Positions 27,057-37,939 of a stretch of 64,000 nt of DNA are shown here, piece by piece. Position numbers and translations under genes: made by a program. Numbering within the stretch: position 1 is the stretch's first letter; each line of letters opens with the position of its first letter. Source of the DNA: an uncultured Patescibacteria group bacterium (GTDB lineage: Bacteria > Patescibacteriota > Patescibacteriia > UBA2591 > CALHIP01); NCBI GenBank assembly GCA_938030745.1, contig CALHIP010000026.1:16404-80403 (forward strand), given 5' to 3'. The notes beneath the pieces are model-generated. The model ran no database searches and was not told the DNA's origin. It saw only the letters and a list, made by a program, of their open reading frames with translations.

Positions 27057-28589
27057 ATGAAAGAAATTAGCTCTTTTGTTCCAATTGTTGTTTTTATTGG
27101 CATTATTGTTGGTTCTCTTGTTGGTTATTACTTCAGAAAATTCTTAGCAACCCGTTTCTTGGAAAGAACAGAAATGAAGATAAAAGAGATGGAAAATAAA
27201 GCCCATCAAGAAGCAAAAAGAATTATTCTTAAAGCTAAAGAAGATGCCTTTAAAATTATTGAAAAAGCAAGGAATGAGTTAAGAATTAAAAATGAAGAAT
27301 TAAAAGCTAAAGAAGAAAAATTAGAAGAAAGAAGGGCTCTTTTTGATCAGAAACTTCTTGAATTTGAAGAAGCTAAGACTAAGTTGATTGCTAAAGTAAA
27401 AAAAATTGAAGAATTAAAAGAGGAAGTAAATAGACTTCAAAAAGAGGCAAGAGAAAAATTAGAAAAGATTGCTGGATTGTCACCTGAAGAAGCAAAAAAT
27501 CTTTTATTAGAAAAAATTGAAAAAGAAAATAAAGAAGAGATTTTAGCTAGAATAAGAAAATTAGAAAAAGAAGCATCTGAGGAAATAGAAAAAAGAGCAA
27601 AAGAACTTCTTGTTTTAGTAATGGAAAGGTATGCTGGCAAAGTTGCTTCAGAGAAGACAACATCAACAATTGGTTTGCCTACTGATGAAATGAAAGGAAG
27701 AATTATCGGTCGAGAAGGAAGGAATATCAGAACTATAGAACAACTTACAGGTGTAGAAATTATTATTGATGATACACCAGGCGTTATTACCATTTCAAGT
27801 TTTTCTCCTTTAAGAAGAGAACTAGCTAAAAGGTTATTAGAAAAATTAATTGCTGATGGAAGAATCCAGCCAGCAAGGATTGAAAGGTTTTTTGAAGAAG
27901 CAAAAAAAGAATTAGCTACAGAAATAAAAAAAAGAGGTGAAGAAACAGTTTATAATTTAGGAATCGTTGGCTTACCTTCAGAAATTGTCCATCTTTTAGG
28001 CAGGCTTTTTTACCGAACAAGTTATGGTCAAAATGTTTTACAACATTCAATCGAAGTAGCAAATCTTTCTGCTCTTTTAGCTGCTGAATTAAAAGCAGAT
28101 GTTTCAGTAGCAAAAAAAGCTGGACTTCTTCATGATATAGGTAAAGCAGTTGATCAAGAAATGATAGGCACTCATCCAGAAATTGGCAAAGAATTAGCTG
28201 AGAAATATAATTTACCTAAAGAAATAATTATTCCGATTGCTACTCATCATGATGATAAACCACCAACTCTTGAGGCAATTATTGTTAAAGTTGCTGATGC
28301 TATCTCTGGAGCGAGGGAAGGAGCAAGAAATGAGACTTATGAGGAATATATTAAAAGACTTGAAGAATTAGAAAAAATTGCTTTAGGTTTTTCTGGAGTT
28401 GAAAAGGCTTATGCTATTGAGGCGGGTCGAGAGATAAGAGTTTTTGTTAAAGCAGAAGAAATAGATGATTTAGAGGCAGAAAAACTTGCTCGAGAAATTG
28501 CTAAAAAAATTGAAAGTACGCTTCAATATCCAGGAGAAATCAAAGTTAATGTTATTCGTGAGAAAAGAGTTATTGAGTATGCAAGATAA
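27057..28589 (+). CDS. rny: Ribonuclease Y
   Basis: N-terminal TM, coiled coil, KH motif KGRIIGREGRNIR, HD motif LLHDIGKA. Confidence 0.96.
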   Translation: MKEISSFVPIVVFIGIIVGSLVGYYFRKFLATRFLERTEMKIKEMENKAHQEAKRIILKAKEDAFKIIEKARNELRIKNEELKAKEEKLEERRALFDQKLLEFEEAKTKLIAKVKKIEELKEEVNRLQKEAREKLEKIAGLSPEEAKNLLLEKIEKENKEEILARIRKLEKEASEEIEKRAKELLVLVMERYAGKVASEKTTSTIGLPTDEMKGRIIGREGRNIRTIEQLTGVEIIIDDTPGVITISSFSPLRRELAKRLLEKLIADGRIQPARIERFFEEAKKELATEIKKRGEETVYNLGIVGLPSEIVHLLGRLFYRTSYGQNVLQHSIEVANLSALLAAELKADVSVAKKAGLLHDIGKAVDQEMIGTHPEIGKELAEKYNLPKEIIIPIATHHDDKPPTLEAIIVKVADAISGAREGARNETYEEYIKRLEELEKIALGFSGVEKAYAIEAGREIRVFVKAEEIDDLEAEKLAREIAKKIESTLQYPGEIKVNVIREKRVIEYAR

Positions 28590-28598
28590 AATATCAAT

Positions 28599-29405
28599 AT
28601 GAGATTAAAAATATTATTTTTTGGCGATATTGTTGGTAAAATTGGTCGGACTGGTTTAATTAAAGTTTTGCCTCAGTTAAAAAAGAAATTAAAACCTGAT
28701 TTAGTTTTAGCCAATGTTGAAAATTTAGCTCATGGAACTGGAGTAACAAAAAAAACTTTAAAAGAAATAAAAATAGCCGGAGTTGATTTTTTTACTTCTG
28801 GCAATCACATTTGGTCAAAAAAAGAAATTTTTGAGATCTTTAATGATCAAGAATTAAAACAGATTCTTCTTCGACCAGCTAATTATCCTTCTGGTCTTCC
28901 AGGTCAAGGAGAAAAAATTATTAGGGTTGGCAAAAATTCCATTTTAGTGATAAACTTGTTAGGAAGGGTCTTTTTAGATGTAGAAACCGATTGTCCCTTT
29001 CATAAAGTTGATGAGATTCTAAAAAGATCATCTTTCCAAAAGATAAATGCTATAATTGTTGATTTTCATGCTGAAGCAACCTCTGAAAAAAATGCCTTAG
29101 GTTATTATCTTGATGGAAAAGTTAGTGCTGTTTTGGGAACCCATACTCATATCGGAACGATTGATGCTAAAATCCTTCCTTGTGGAACTGGTTATGTTAC
29201 AGATATTGGAATGGTTGGAGCAAAAGATTCAATTATTGGTGTTGATAAAGAAAATGTTATTAAAACATTTTTAACCCAAATCCCTTATAATTTTAAAATT
29301 CCAGAAAAAGGAGAAGTAATTATCAACAGTGTTTATTTAGAAATTGATCCAAAAACAAAAAAAACAATAAAAATAAAAAGGATTGATTTAGAAACAAAAA
29401 TTTGA
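28599..29405 (+). CDS. ymdB: YmdB-family metallophosphoesterase
   Basis: GDIVG, NVEN, TSGNH, DFHAEATSEK and GTHTH motifs; follows rny. Confidence 0.92.
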   Translation: MRLKILFFGDIVGKIGRTGLIKVLPQLKKKLKPDLVLANVENLAHGTGVTKKTLKEIKIAGVDFFTSGNHIWSKKEIFEIFNDQELKQILLRPANYPSGLPGQGEKIIRVGKNSILVINLLGRVFLDVETDCPFHKVDEILKRSSFQKINAIIVDFHAEATSEKNALGYYLDGKVSAVLGTHTHIGTIDAKILPCGTGYVTDIGMVGAKDSIIGVDKENVIKTFLTQIPYNFKIPEKGEVIINSVYLEIDPKTKKTIKIKRIDLETKI

Positions 29406-29417
29406 TAATAAAAAGTT

Positions 29418-30425
29418 ATGCCTAAAGAAGAAAAAGAAGAAAAAATTAAAGCTGCTGAAGAAGCAATTAGACAAATCAGGGAAAGATTTGGTGAAGGTTC
29501 GATCATGAGATTGGGAGAGGCAAAAAGAATGGAAGTTGAAGTTATCTCAACCGGTTGTCTTTCTTTAGATTTAGCTCTTGGAGTGTTAGGTTTACCTCGA
29601 GGAAGAGTAATCGAAATTTTTGGTGAGGAAGCAAGTGGGAAGACAACCGTTTCTTTACATGTTTTAGCTGAAGTTCAAAAACAAAAAGGAGTAGCTGCTT
29701 TTGTTGATGCTGAACATGCTTTAGATCCAGAATATGCTAAAAAGATTGGTGTAAAAGTAGAAGATTTATTGATTTCTCAACCTGATACAGGTGAACAAGC
29801 ATTAGAGATTGTTGAAACATTAACTCGTTCTAATGCAGTTGATGCAATTGTTGTCGATTCAGTAGCAGCTTTAACACCAAAAGCAGAAATCGAAGGTGAA
29901 ATGGGTGACCAATTTGTTGGTCTTCAAGCAAGATTGATGAGTCAGGCATTAAGAAAATTGGCCGCTATTGTTGCAAAAACTAAAACAATTGTTATTTTCC
30001 TTAATCAAACTCGACAGAAAATAGGTGCTGTTTGGGGTTCACCAACAACTACTCCCGGTGGCACTGCTTTAAAATTTTATTCTTCAGTTAGAATTGAATT
30101 AAAAAAAATTGGCCAAATTAAAAAAGGTGAAGAGGTTATTGGCAGTCGAATTAAGGCAAAAATTGTTAAAAACAAAGTTGCTCCACCTTTTAAAGTTTGT
30201 GAGTTTGATATTATTTATAATGAAGGAATTTCAACCGCTAGTGAATTGATTGATTTAGGAATGAACTATGGTCTAATTAAAAAAAGTGGCAACACTTTTT
30301 CTTTCAATGAGACGAAATTAGGCGTTGGTCGGGAATCAGCTAAAGAATTCTTAAAGAAAAATCCAAAAGTTGCCTCTCAGATTCGTCAGGAGATTTTAAA
30401 GAAAGCTAAAGAAGCAATTACTTAA
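29418..30425 (+). CDS. recA: Recombinase RecA
   Basis: [28 protein letters not shown] and [13 protein letters not shown] motifs. Confidence 0.98.
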   Translation: MPKEEKEEKIKAAEEAIRQIRERFGEGSIMRLGEAKRMEVEVISTGCLSLDLALGVLGLPRGRVIEIFGEEASGKTTVSLHVLAEVQKQKGVAAFVDAEHALDPEYAKKIGVKVEDLLISQPDTGEQALEIVETLTRSNAVDAIVVDSVAALTPKAEIEGEMGDQFVGLQARLMSQALRKLAAIVAKTKTIVIFLNQTRQKIGAVWGSPTTTPGGTALKFYSSVRIELKKIGQIKKGEEVIGSRIKAKIVKNKVAPPFKVCEFDIIYNEGISTASELIDLGMNYGLIKKSGNTFSFNETKLGVGRESAKEFLKKNPKVASQIRQEILKKAKEAIT

Positions 30426-30427
30426 TT

Positions 30428-30778
30428 ATGAAATTAAAAATGGAATTTTTTATTATTCCAATAATTTTCTTTTTAATTATTTTAGGAATTATTTTTTTCG
30501 AAATAATAAAAAATATTAAAGAGCCAAAAATAAAAATAGATTTTAAAAATTTAACTAATCAAGAAAAAGAGGATTTAAAAGAGGCTTATCAGGTTTTATT
30601 CCAGATAAAATTAATGAAAAAAGAATTAAAAAATAAAGAAGTTCCTTTTTTAAAAGAAAAAATAAATCAATTTGAGAAAAAATTGTTAGAAGAAAAAGAT
30701 CTTTCTCAAATAAAAAAAATTTCTCAAGATTTTTGGGATTCGAGTATCTGGCAAGAGATTTATCAATTAGAAAAATAA
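30428..30778 (+). CDS. Hypothetical single-TM protein
   Basis: 116-aa ORF 2 nt after recA with an N-terminal TM. Confidence 0.65.
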   Translation: MKLKMEFFIIPIIFFLIILGIIFFEIIKNIKEPKIKIDFKNLTNQEKEDLKEAYQVLFQIKLMKKELKNKEVPFLKEKINQFEKKLLEEKDLSQIKKISQDFWDSSIWQEIYQLEK

Positions 30779-30779
30779 A

Positions 30780-30851
30780 TGCCCCCAGCGTGAGTCGAAC
30801 ACGCATCTTCACCTTAGAAGGGTGCTGCTCTATCCATTGAGCTATGGGGGC
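30780..30851 (-). tRNA. tRNA-Arg (anticodon UCU)
   Basis: Reverse complement GCCCCCATAGCTCAATGGATAGAGCAGCACCCTTCTAAGGTGAAGATGCGTGTTCGACTCACGCTGGGGGCA folds as a cloverleaf; CCA is not encoded. Confidence 0.95.
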
Positions 30852-30889
30852 AATTTTGTTTTAATATTTTAGCAAAAATCAGAAATTTT

Positions 30890-32044
30890 TCAAACCTTTT
30901 CTGAATTTATAAATTTTTGGTATATCTCTAATAACTTTTTTGCCTGACTTTCAGCTGAAAAATTTAAAGCTATTTCTTTACCATTTTTTGAGAACTCCTG
31001 GTAAAGCTTTTCATTATTTAAAATTTCTAAAACTTTTTCAGCAAAAAGACTTGAATTGTAAGGATAAACCGAAAAACCATTTTTACCATCGATTAACATT
31101 CCTGAATAACAATCGTCTTTTAAAGCAACAATTGGTAAGCCAAAATAACTTGCTTCAAGAATGATTAACCCTTGGGTGTCAGTTAAAGAAGCAAAAAGAA
31201 AGATCGAAGAACTTCGATAGATTTTTATAACTTCTTGCCAAGGAATTCGACCAGTAAAAATTATTTTTTTCTCAAGACCAATTTTTTTTGCTTTCTCTTT
31301 TAGTTCATTCATTAGATTACCTTCACCAACTAAGACAAAGGAAAGATCACCCCTTTTTTTCCTTATTTGATAAAAAACATCAAAAAGAAACCTAACATTT
31401 TTCTCTTCTGTTAATCGGCCAACATAAAGCAAAATTTTGTCAGTTAAAGGAATATTAAATTTTCTTCTTATTTCAGAATCTTTTTCTTGTGTCTTTTCTA
31501 ATCTCTCTAAATCTAAACCAGTTGGTAAAATAAAAATTGGTTTTCTCACTCCATATTCTTCGAGCAATTTTTTCATTTTTAAAGAAGGAGCAATTAAAGC
31601 TGAACAATTATTGCCATAAATTTTTAAATAAAATTTCATTAATTTAGGAAGGATTTTGTTATTTTTGATTAACCAATATTTTGCATATTCAGGATAAAGA
31701 GTATGGGAGGTATAAAAAAGAGGAATTTTCAATTTTTGGCTAACAATTTTCGCCAGCCAGCCAGCTGAAAATGGAGTGTGGCTATGGGCAATATCTAATT
31801 TTAAATCAAAAATTTTTTTGATATCTTTATAGGTGAAAAACATTAATCTATTTTCTGGACTTTTAATCAAACAGACTGATGGAAAACGAAAGACATTTTT
31901 TTCTTCTTTCTTTTCGTTATAATTTGGACAAAAAACAAATACCTCATGACCAAGTTTTTCCAAATAAATTTTAAATGTCTGCATTGAAATTTCGGTTCCA
32001 AAAGTAACAGGAAGGTAAGTATCAGAGAAAAAGCCAATTTTCAT
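30890..32044 (-). CDS. GT4 glycosyltransferase (diacylglycerol glucosyltransferase-like)
   Basis: MKIGFFSDTYLP, HSHTPF, YVGRLTEEKN and TDTQGLIILEA motifs. Confidence 0.88.
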   Translation of the reverse strand: MKIGFFSDTYLPVTFGTEISMQTFKIYLEKLGHEVFVFCPNYNEKKEEKNVFRFPSVCLIKSPENRLMFFTYKDIKKIFDLKLDIAHSHTPFSAGWLAKIVSQKLKIPLFYTSHTLYPEYAKYWLIKNNKILPKLMKFYLKIYGNNCSALIAPSLKMKKLLEEYGVRKPIFILPTGLDLERLEKTQEKDSEIRRKFNIPLTDKILLYVGRLTEEKNVRFLFDVFYQIRKKRGDLSFVLVGEGNLMNELKEKAKKIGLEKKIIFTGRIPWQEVIKIYRSSSIFLFASLTDTQGLIILEASYFGLPIVALKDDCYSGMLIDGKNGFSVYPYNSSLFAEKVLEILNNEKLYQEFSKNGKEIALNFSAESQAKKLLEIYQKFINSEKV

Positions 32045-32120
32045 ATCTTTTATTTTAACATATTTTCTTAAATTGGTTAAACTTTACTTATTTTTTTAAT
32101 CTGTTATAATTTTAACTTCT

Positions 32121-32390
32121 ATGGCTTTAAAAAAAGAAATAAAAGAAAAAATAAAAAAAGAATACGGACTCCATGAGAAAGATACTGGTTCAATTGAAAT
32201 TCAGATTGGTCTTTTAACTAAAGAAATTGAAGAATTAGCTAAACATTTAGCAACCCACCGTCATGATTTTTCTTCAAAAAGAGGATTATTAAGAAAAGTA
32301 GCTAAAAGAAGAGCTCTTCTCCGTTATTTAGAAAAGACAGATAAGAAAAGTTATGAAAAAATTATTAAAAAAATAAAAAAGAAAGAATAA
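32121..32390 (+). CDS. rpsO: 30S ribosomal protein S15
   Basis: DTGSIEIQI and HDFSSKRGLL motifs. Confidence 0.95.
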   Translation: MALKKEIKEKIKKEYGLHEKDTGSIEIQIGLLTKEIEELAKHLATHRHDFSSKRGLLRKVAKRRALLRYLEKTDKKSYEKIIKKIKKKE

Positions 32391-32393
32391 GAT

Positions 32394-32903
32394 ATGTTAA
32401 TTTATAAATCACAACGGGTTGGTGTTTTTATTGATACTCAAAACATTTATCATTCGGCAAAAAATTTATATCAAGCAAGAGTAAATTTTGGTCGACTTCT
32501 AGAAGAAGCAGTGAAAGGTCGTCAATTAATTAGAGCAATTGCTTATGTTATTCGTTCAAAATCATCAGAAGAAGAGACATTTTTTGAGGCTTTAGAGAGA
32601 CAAGGTTTTGAAGTTAAATCGAAAGATTTACAAATATTTTTTGATGGAATGAAAAAAGCTGATTGGGATGTTGGTATCGCGATTGATGCAGTAAAAATGG
32701 CGGATAAATTAGATGTTGTTGTTTTAGTCACCGGCGACGGTGATTTTTTACCTTTAGTTAATTATCTAAAAGAGAATAAAGGTTGTCGAGTTGAAATTAT
32801 AGCTTTTAAAGAGACTGCTTCTTCAAAACTTATTGAATCAGCTGATCAATTTACTGACTTATCTTCTCAAAAAAGGAAATTTTTAATTAGAAAATATGAA
32901 TAA
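32394..32903 (+). CDS. NYN/LabA (DUF88) PIN-like nuclease
   Basis: FIDTQN, KADWDVGIAID and TGDGDFLPL motifs. Confidence 0.9.
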   Translation: MLIYKSQRVGVFIDTQNIYHSAKNLYQARVNFGRLLEEAVKGRQLIRAIAYVIRSKSSEEETFFEALERQGFEVKSKDLQIFFDGMKKADWDVGIAIDAVKMADKLDVVVLVTGDGDFLPLVNYLKENKGCRVEIIAFKETASSKLIESADQFTDLSSQKRKFLIRKYE

Positions 32904-35040
32904 AATTTTTGAAACAGAAATTGGCGGTCGGAAATTAATTATTAAAACAGGTGAATTAGCTGGTCAGGCTAATGGTTCAGCTGTTGCTCAATATGGCGAG
33001 ACAACAGTTTTAGCAACAGCGGTAATGGGTGAAGAAAAAACTGAACTTGACTATTTTCCTTTAATAGTTGATTATGAAGAGCGATTTTATGCAGCTGGTA
33101 AAATTAAAAGCTCAAGATTTATTAAAAGAGAAACAAGGCCACCAGATGAGGCAATTTTAGCTGGCCGTTTAATTGATCGCGCTTTCAGACCTTTATTTCC
33201 CGAAGAGTTAAAAAGAGAAGTTCAAATTATTACCACTGTTTTATCAGTTGATCAAGAAAATGATCCTGATTTAGTAGCTCTTTATGCTGCTTCAGTTGCT
33301 TTAGCTATTTCTGACATCCCTTGGCATGGACCAATAGGAGGATTAAGGATTGGTTTAGTTGATGAAGAATTAATTTTGAATCCAATCAATTCAATAAGAG
33401 CAAAAAGTAATTTAGATTTAGTTCTCGCCGGAAAAGACTTAAGAGTTGTAATGATTGAAGCATCTGCTAAAGAGGTTTCTGAAGAAACGATTTTAAAAGC
33501 AATTGATTTTGGGACAAAACAATTGCCTTTTATTGTTGATTTTTTTCAAAAAATTCAAAATGAAGTTGGCAAAGAGAAGATCAAATTGCAAAAAAATTCT
33601 GATCAAGATTCAGCAAAGATAAATAAAATTATTCAAGAATTTTTCAAAGATGAAGCAAAAAAATATTTATTTGAAAAACCACTTTTAACTAAAGAGGAAC
33701 GAATCGGCGCAGCTGAGAAAATTCGGAATAAACTTGATGAGATTTTAATAAAAGAAAATATTGGCAAAGAAAGAAGAGAAAAAGTAATTAAAGAAATTAA
33801 TAAATTAATTTATAAAGAGGTATCAAAAGCAATTTTAGAAAAAGAAAAAAGAATTGATGGCAGAAAACTTGATGAGATAAGAAAAATCTCAGCAGCTGTT
33901 GGAGTCTTGCCTCGCGTTCATGGTTCAGCTTTATTTGAAAGAGGAGAAACTCAGGTCCTCTCAACTGTAACTTTAGGAGCGCCAGGAATGGAACTTTATT
34001 TTGAAACAATGGAAGAGGTTGGTCGGAAAAGATTTATGCATCATTATAATTTCCCTCCCTTTTCAGCTGGTGAAGTTTCGCCTTTGAAACCAACGGGTCG
34101 AAGAGAAACTGGTCACTCAATGTTAGTTGAGAAAGGTCTTTTACCTGTTCTTCCTAATTCTGAAAACTTTCCTTATACAATTCGTGTTGTTTCTGAAGTT
34201 TTATCTTCGAATGGTTCAACCTCAATGGCTTCTGCCTGCGCCTCATCCTTGGCTTTAATGGATGCTGGTGTACCAATTAAAAAACCAGTAGCAGGAATTG
34301 CTATTGGGCTTGCTTCAGAAGAAGATGAAAAAGGAATTAAAAGATTTAAAACATTTGTTGATTTACAAGATTTAGAAGATGGCCCAGGTGGAATGGATTT
34401 TAAAATCATTGGTACAAGGGATGGGATTACTGCCATTCAGATGGATACAAAAACTCATGGCCTCTCTTTTGAAATTATTGAAGATACTCTTGAAAAAGGA
34501 AAGAAGGCAAGAATGGAAATTTTAGATTTTATGGACAAAATTTTATCTAAACCAAGAGAAAAGATCTCTCCTTATGCACCAAAGATTGTTTCCTTTAAAA
34601 TTGATCCAAAAAAGATTAGAAATGTTATTGGACCTGGTGGTCAAGTAATTAATGAAATTATTGCTCAAACAGGAGTAACAATTGATATTGAAAAAGATGG
34701 TTTGGTAGTTGTTACTTCTACCTCCGAGAAAGCACTTTCGCAAGCAGTTAATTGGATTAAAGATTTAGTTAAAGAAATAAAAGTTGGTGAAGTCTTCCAA
34801 GGGAAAGTTAAAAAAATTGTTAATTTCGGCGCTTTTATTGAATTGTTCTCTGGTGAATCTGGTCTCCTTCATATTTCTGAAATTGCTCCATTTCGAGTTG
34901 ATGATATCTCTAAAATTTTAGAAGTTGGTGAAATTATTCCAGTAAAAATTATTAAGATTGACGAATTAGGAAGAATTAGTTTTTCTTTAAAAAGGGTTGT
35001 CTCTAAAGATTTTTATCAAAAGAAACTTAATCGAAAATAA
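32896..35040 (+). CDS. pnp: Polyribonucleotide nucleotidyltransferase
   Basis: [31 protein letters not shown] and S1 domains. Confidence 0.97.
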   Translation: MNKIFETEIGGRKLIIKTGELAGQANGSAVAQYGETTVLATAVMGEEKTELDYFPLIVDYEERFYAAGKIKSSRFIKRETRPPDEAILAGRLIDRAFRPLFPEELKREVQIITTVLSVDQENDPDLVALYAASVALAISDIPWHGPIGGLRIGLVDEELILNPINSIRAKSNLDLVLAGKDLRVVMIEASAKEVSEETILKAIDFGTKQLPFIVDFFQKIQNEVGKEKIKLQKNSDQDSAKINKIIQEFFKDEAKKYLFEKPLLTKEERIGAAEKIRNKLDEILIKENIGKERREKVIKEINKLIYKEVSKAILEKEKRIDGRKLDEIRKISAAVGVLPRVHGSALFERGETQVLSTVTLGAPGMELYFETMEEVGRKRFMHHYNFPPFSAGEVSPLKPTGRRETGHSMLVEKGLLPVLPNSENFPYTIRVVSEVLSSNGSTSMASACASSLALMDAGVPIKKPVAGIAIGLASEEDEKGIKRFKTFVDLQDLEDGPGGMDFKIIGTRDGITAIQMDTKTHGLSFEIIEDTLEKGKKARMEILDFMDKILSKPREKISPYAPKIVSFKIDPKKIRNVIGPGGQVINEIIAQTGVTIDIEKDGLVVVTSTSEKALSQAVNWIKDLVKEIKVGEVFQGKVKKIVNFGAFIELFSGESGLLHISEIAPFRVDDISKILEVGEIIPVKIIKIDELGRISFSLKRVVSKDFYQKKLNRK

Positions 35041-35041
35041 T

Positions 35042-35179
35042 ATGCCAAAACGAACTTATCAACCAAAAGTAAAAAGAAGAAAAAGAGTCCATGGTTTTTT
35101 AAAAAGAATGAGAACGAAATCTGGAAGAAATGTTCTTTCAAGAAGAAGGAGAAAAAAAAGAAAAAGACTAACAGTCTAA
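35042..35179 (+). CDS. rpmH: 50S ribosomal protein L34
   Basis: [23 protein letters not shown]; ATG at 35042. Confidence 0.96.
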   Translation: MPKRTYQPKVKRRKRVHGFLKRMRTKSGRNVLSRRRRKKRKRLTV

Positions 35180-35181
35180 AT

Positions 35182-35520
35182 ATGTTACCAAAAAAATACC
35201 GATTAACTAAAGAAAATGATTTTAAAATTATAGTTAAGCAAGGCAAATCTTTTTTTATTAAGGAATTAGGAATAAAATATTTTAAAAATAATCTGGATTA
35301 TTCTCGATTTGGTTTTATTGTCTCAACAAAAATTGATAAAAGAGCAACAGTTAGGAATAAAATAAAAAGAAGATTAAGAGAAATTGTCTATCAAAATTTA
35401 AGTAAAATAAAACCAGGTTTTGATATTTTAATTTTAACTAAACCAGAAATAAAAAACCTCGACTTCCTTCAATTAAAAGAGAAATTAGAAAAAATTTTTA
35501 AAAAAATTGGATTTTTATAA
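35182..35520 (+). CDS. rnpA: RNase P protein component
   Basis: RFGFIVSTKI and ATVRNKIKRRLRE motifs; follows rpmH. Confidence 0.95.
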   Translation: MLPKKYRLTKENDFKIIVKQGKSFFIKELGIKYFKNNLDYSRFGFIVSTKIDKRATVRNKIKRRLREIVYQNLSKIKPGFDILILTKPEIKNLDFLQLKEKLEKIFKKIGFL

Positions 35521-35524
35521 GACC

Positions 35525-35568
35525 TGTGGATAACTTTCCTTGACCCATTCCTTTTGAGATACTATACT
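35525..35568 (+). promoter_or_regulatory. Sigma70 promoter with a perfect DnaA box 6 nt upstream of the -35
   Basis: TGTGGATAA(35525)-ctttcc-TTGACC(35540)-17 nt-TATACT(35563). Confidence 0.7.
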
Positions 35569-35645
35569 TTTTCCTGGAAAAAATAGCCATTGCCTTTTTT
35601 ATTTTTTTAAATATTTTTGGCATGGTTTTTTTATGTTTTCTTTTT

Positions 35646-36002
35646 ATGGATAAATTCTTAAAAGAAATTGAAGAAAAACTAAAAAAGCAAAAAAAAGATC
35701 TTGAGATTCAGTTAGAAAAATTAGGTGAGAAAAGTAAGCGTTTTCGTAATGGTTACCAAGTAAATTTTCCTCATTTTGGCGAAAAAGAAGATGAAAATGC
35801 TGACGAAGTTTCTGCTTTTTCTGATCGACTTTCTATAGGTCTTAACTTAGAGAAAAGTCTTGAAGAAGTAAATTCTGCCTTAGAGAAAATAAAACAGGGA
35901 AAATATGGAATTTGTGAGAAGTGTGGCAAAAAAATTGATAAAGAAAGACTCCTTGCTTTTCCGACAGCTAAATTTTGTTTAGATTGTAAGAATAAAAAAT
36001 GA
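35646..36002 (+). CDS. DksA/TraR family C4 zinc-finger protein
   Basis: Coiled coil with DENADE tip; YGICEKCG...ERL...CLDC. ATG 35646 preferred, 35622 possible. Confidence 0.88.
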   Translation: MDKFLKEIEEKLKKQKKDLEIQLEKLGEKSKRFRNGYQVNFPHFGEKEDENADEVSAFSDRLSIGLNLEKSLEEVNSALEKIKQGKYGICEKCGKKIDKERLLAFPTAKFCLDCKNKK

Positions 36003-36442
36003 GGGGAAGATTTTTTTCTCTCTTCCTTATTTTTTTTATTTTTGATCGGTTAATAAAAAATATCCTTCTTATCAAAGGAGATTTTTTATTCTTTAAATTT
36101 ATCCCTAATTCATATTTTCTTTTCTTTTTTAAAAGAAATATTTTTTATCTATTAATTTTAATTGTCTTTTTTCTTCTTGTCTTTTTTCTTATTAAAAGTT
36201 TTAAAAATAGAGAATTTTTTATTTTTAATTTTTTATTTTTAATTTTTTTAGGTGGTTTTAGCAATTTTTTAGATCGCTTCCTTTATGGTTTTGTAATTGA
36301 TTATTTTAATTTTTTCTCTCTTTTTAGTTTTAATTTTTCTGATATAATGATTTTTATTGGTACCATATTTTTAATCTTTAAATTATTGTTTGGACAAAAA
36401 CATGTTGGCGAAAGTGATTTCCGGAGCAACAATTGGTCTTGA
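35999..36442 (+). CDS. lspA: Lipoprotein signal peptidase II
   Basis: DRLIK, GGFSNFLDR, VIDY and FNFSD motifs. Confidence 0.85.
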   Translation: MRGRFFSLFLIFFIFDRLIKNILLIKGDFLFFKFIPNSYFLFFFKRNIFYLLILIVFFLLVFFLIKSFKNREFFIFNFLFLIFLGGFSNFLDRFLYGFVIDYFNFFSLFSFNFSDIMIFIGTIFLIFKLLFGQKHVGESDFRSNNWS

Positions 36443-37934
36443 TTCTAAAATTGTTGAAGTTGAGGTTGATCTTTCTTTCGGTTTTCCAACTTTTGAAATT
36501 ATTGGTTTACCAGATAAGGCGATTAAAGAATCAAAAGAAAGAATCAAATTAGCTATCAAAAATTCTGGTTTTAAATTTCCAAGTGATAAAAAATTGGTTA
36601 TTAATTTGGCACCAGCTGATTTAAAAAAGGAGGGACCAATCTATGATCTGCCAATTGCCTTAGGTATTCTTTTAGCTTCTCAACAGATTCCTCTTAATTT
36701 ATTTCCAAAAAATTTCCTTTTTTTAGGTGAATTATCTTTAAATGGAGAATTAAAACATTCAAAAGGTGTTTTGCCTTTAGCAATTTTAGCTAAAGAAAAA
36801 TTAGAAGGAATTTTTTTACCTCAAGCAAATCTAAAAGAGGCAAGTTTAGTTGAAGGATTAAAAATTTTTCCTCTTTTTTCTTTAAAAGATTTTTTCAGTT
36901 ATCTTTCTGGAAGAATTCCCTTTCAGCCGATTATTGGTCAAGGAGTAAAAATTGAAGAAGAAAATTTTGAGGTTGATATGGCTTATATTAAAGGTCAGGA
37001 ACAAGTTAAACGAGCCTTAGAAATTGCTGCTGCTGGTAATCATAATGTTTTAATGAGTGGTCCACCAGGAGCTGGGAAAACAATTTTAGCCAAAACTCTG
37101 CCTTCAATCTTACCAAAATTAACAAAAGAGGAGGTTTTAGAAGTAAGTAAAATTTATTCAGTCGCTGGACTTCTTTCTGAAGAAAAACCTTTTATCACAA
37201 CAAGACCATTTAGATCTCCTCACCATACAATTTCTGATATTGCCTTAATTGGCGGTGGACAATCACCAAAACCAGGTGAGATAAGTCTCGCTCATTGTGG
37301 TGTTTTATTTTTGGATGAATTACCAGAATTTTCTCGACATGTTTTAGAAACACTTCGTCAACCATTAGAGGACGGAGTAATTACTATTTCAAGGGCTAAA
37401 GGTTCTTTAACTTTTCCTAGTAAATTTATTTTTATTGCCTCAAAAAATCCTTGTCCTTGTGGCTATTACAATGATCCAAAAAGACCTTGTACTTGTACAG
37501 CTAGTCAGATTATTAAATATAATAAAAAGATTTCCGGTCCATTACTTGATAGAATTGATTTACATTTAGAAGTTCCCCGTTTAGATCCTCAAGAATTGTT
37601 TAAAGAAAAAATTGCTGAGAGTTCAAAAGAAATTAGAAAAAGAGTAGAAAAAGCAAGGGAAATTCAGAGGAAAAGATTTAAAAATTTAAAAATTTCAACA
37701 AATTCGGAAATGAGACCGAAAGAAATAAAGAAATTTTGTCAAATTTCTGAAGAAGGAGAAAATTTACTTAAAGAAGCTATTGATAAATTTTCTTTATCTG
37801 TCAGAGCTTATCATCGAATTTTAAAAGTTGCTAGAACTATTGCTGATTTAGCAGGTGAAGAAAAAATTGCCCCTTCTCATTTAGCTGAGGCAATTCAATA
37901 TCGAGTAAAAATTAATGAATGGGAAGGACTATAA
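36402..37934 (+). CDS. comM: ComM/YifB Mg-chelatase-like AAA+ ATPase
   Basis: INLAPADLKKEG, GPPGAGKT, RPFRSPHHT, GVLFLDE and SGPLLDRID motifs. Confidence 0.92.
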   Translation: MLAKVISGATIGLDSKIVEVEVDLSFGFPTFEIIGLPDKAIKESKERIKLAIKNSGFKFPSDKKLVINLAPADLKKEGPIYDLPIALGILLASQQIPLNLFPKNFLFLGELSLNGELKHSKGVLPLAILAKEKLEGIFLPQANLKEASLVEGLKIFPLFSLKDFFSYLSGRIPFQPIIGQGVKIEEENFEVDMAYIKGQEQVKRALEIAAAGNHNVLMSGPPGAGKTILAKTLPSILPKLTKEEVLEVSKIYSVAGLLSEEKPFITTRPFRSPHHTISDIALIGGGQSPKPGEISLAHCGVLFLDELPEFSRHVLETLRQPLEDGVITISRAKGSLTFPSKFIFIASKNPCPCGYYNDPKRPCTCTASQIIKYNKKISGPLLDRIDLHLEVPRLDPQELFKEKIAESSKEIRKRVEKAREIQRKRFKNLKISTNSEMRPKEIKKFCQISEEGENLLKEAIDKFSLSVRAYHRILKVARTIADLAGEEKIAPSHLAEAIQYRVKINEWEGL

Positions 37935-37939
37935 ATATT

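Noticed and set aside
30428-30851. tRNA-Arg 3' end next to a hypothetical gene as a possible integration site
   Set aside because: No integrase, no duplicated tRNA 3' end seen and no obvious compositional shift.
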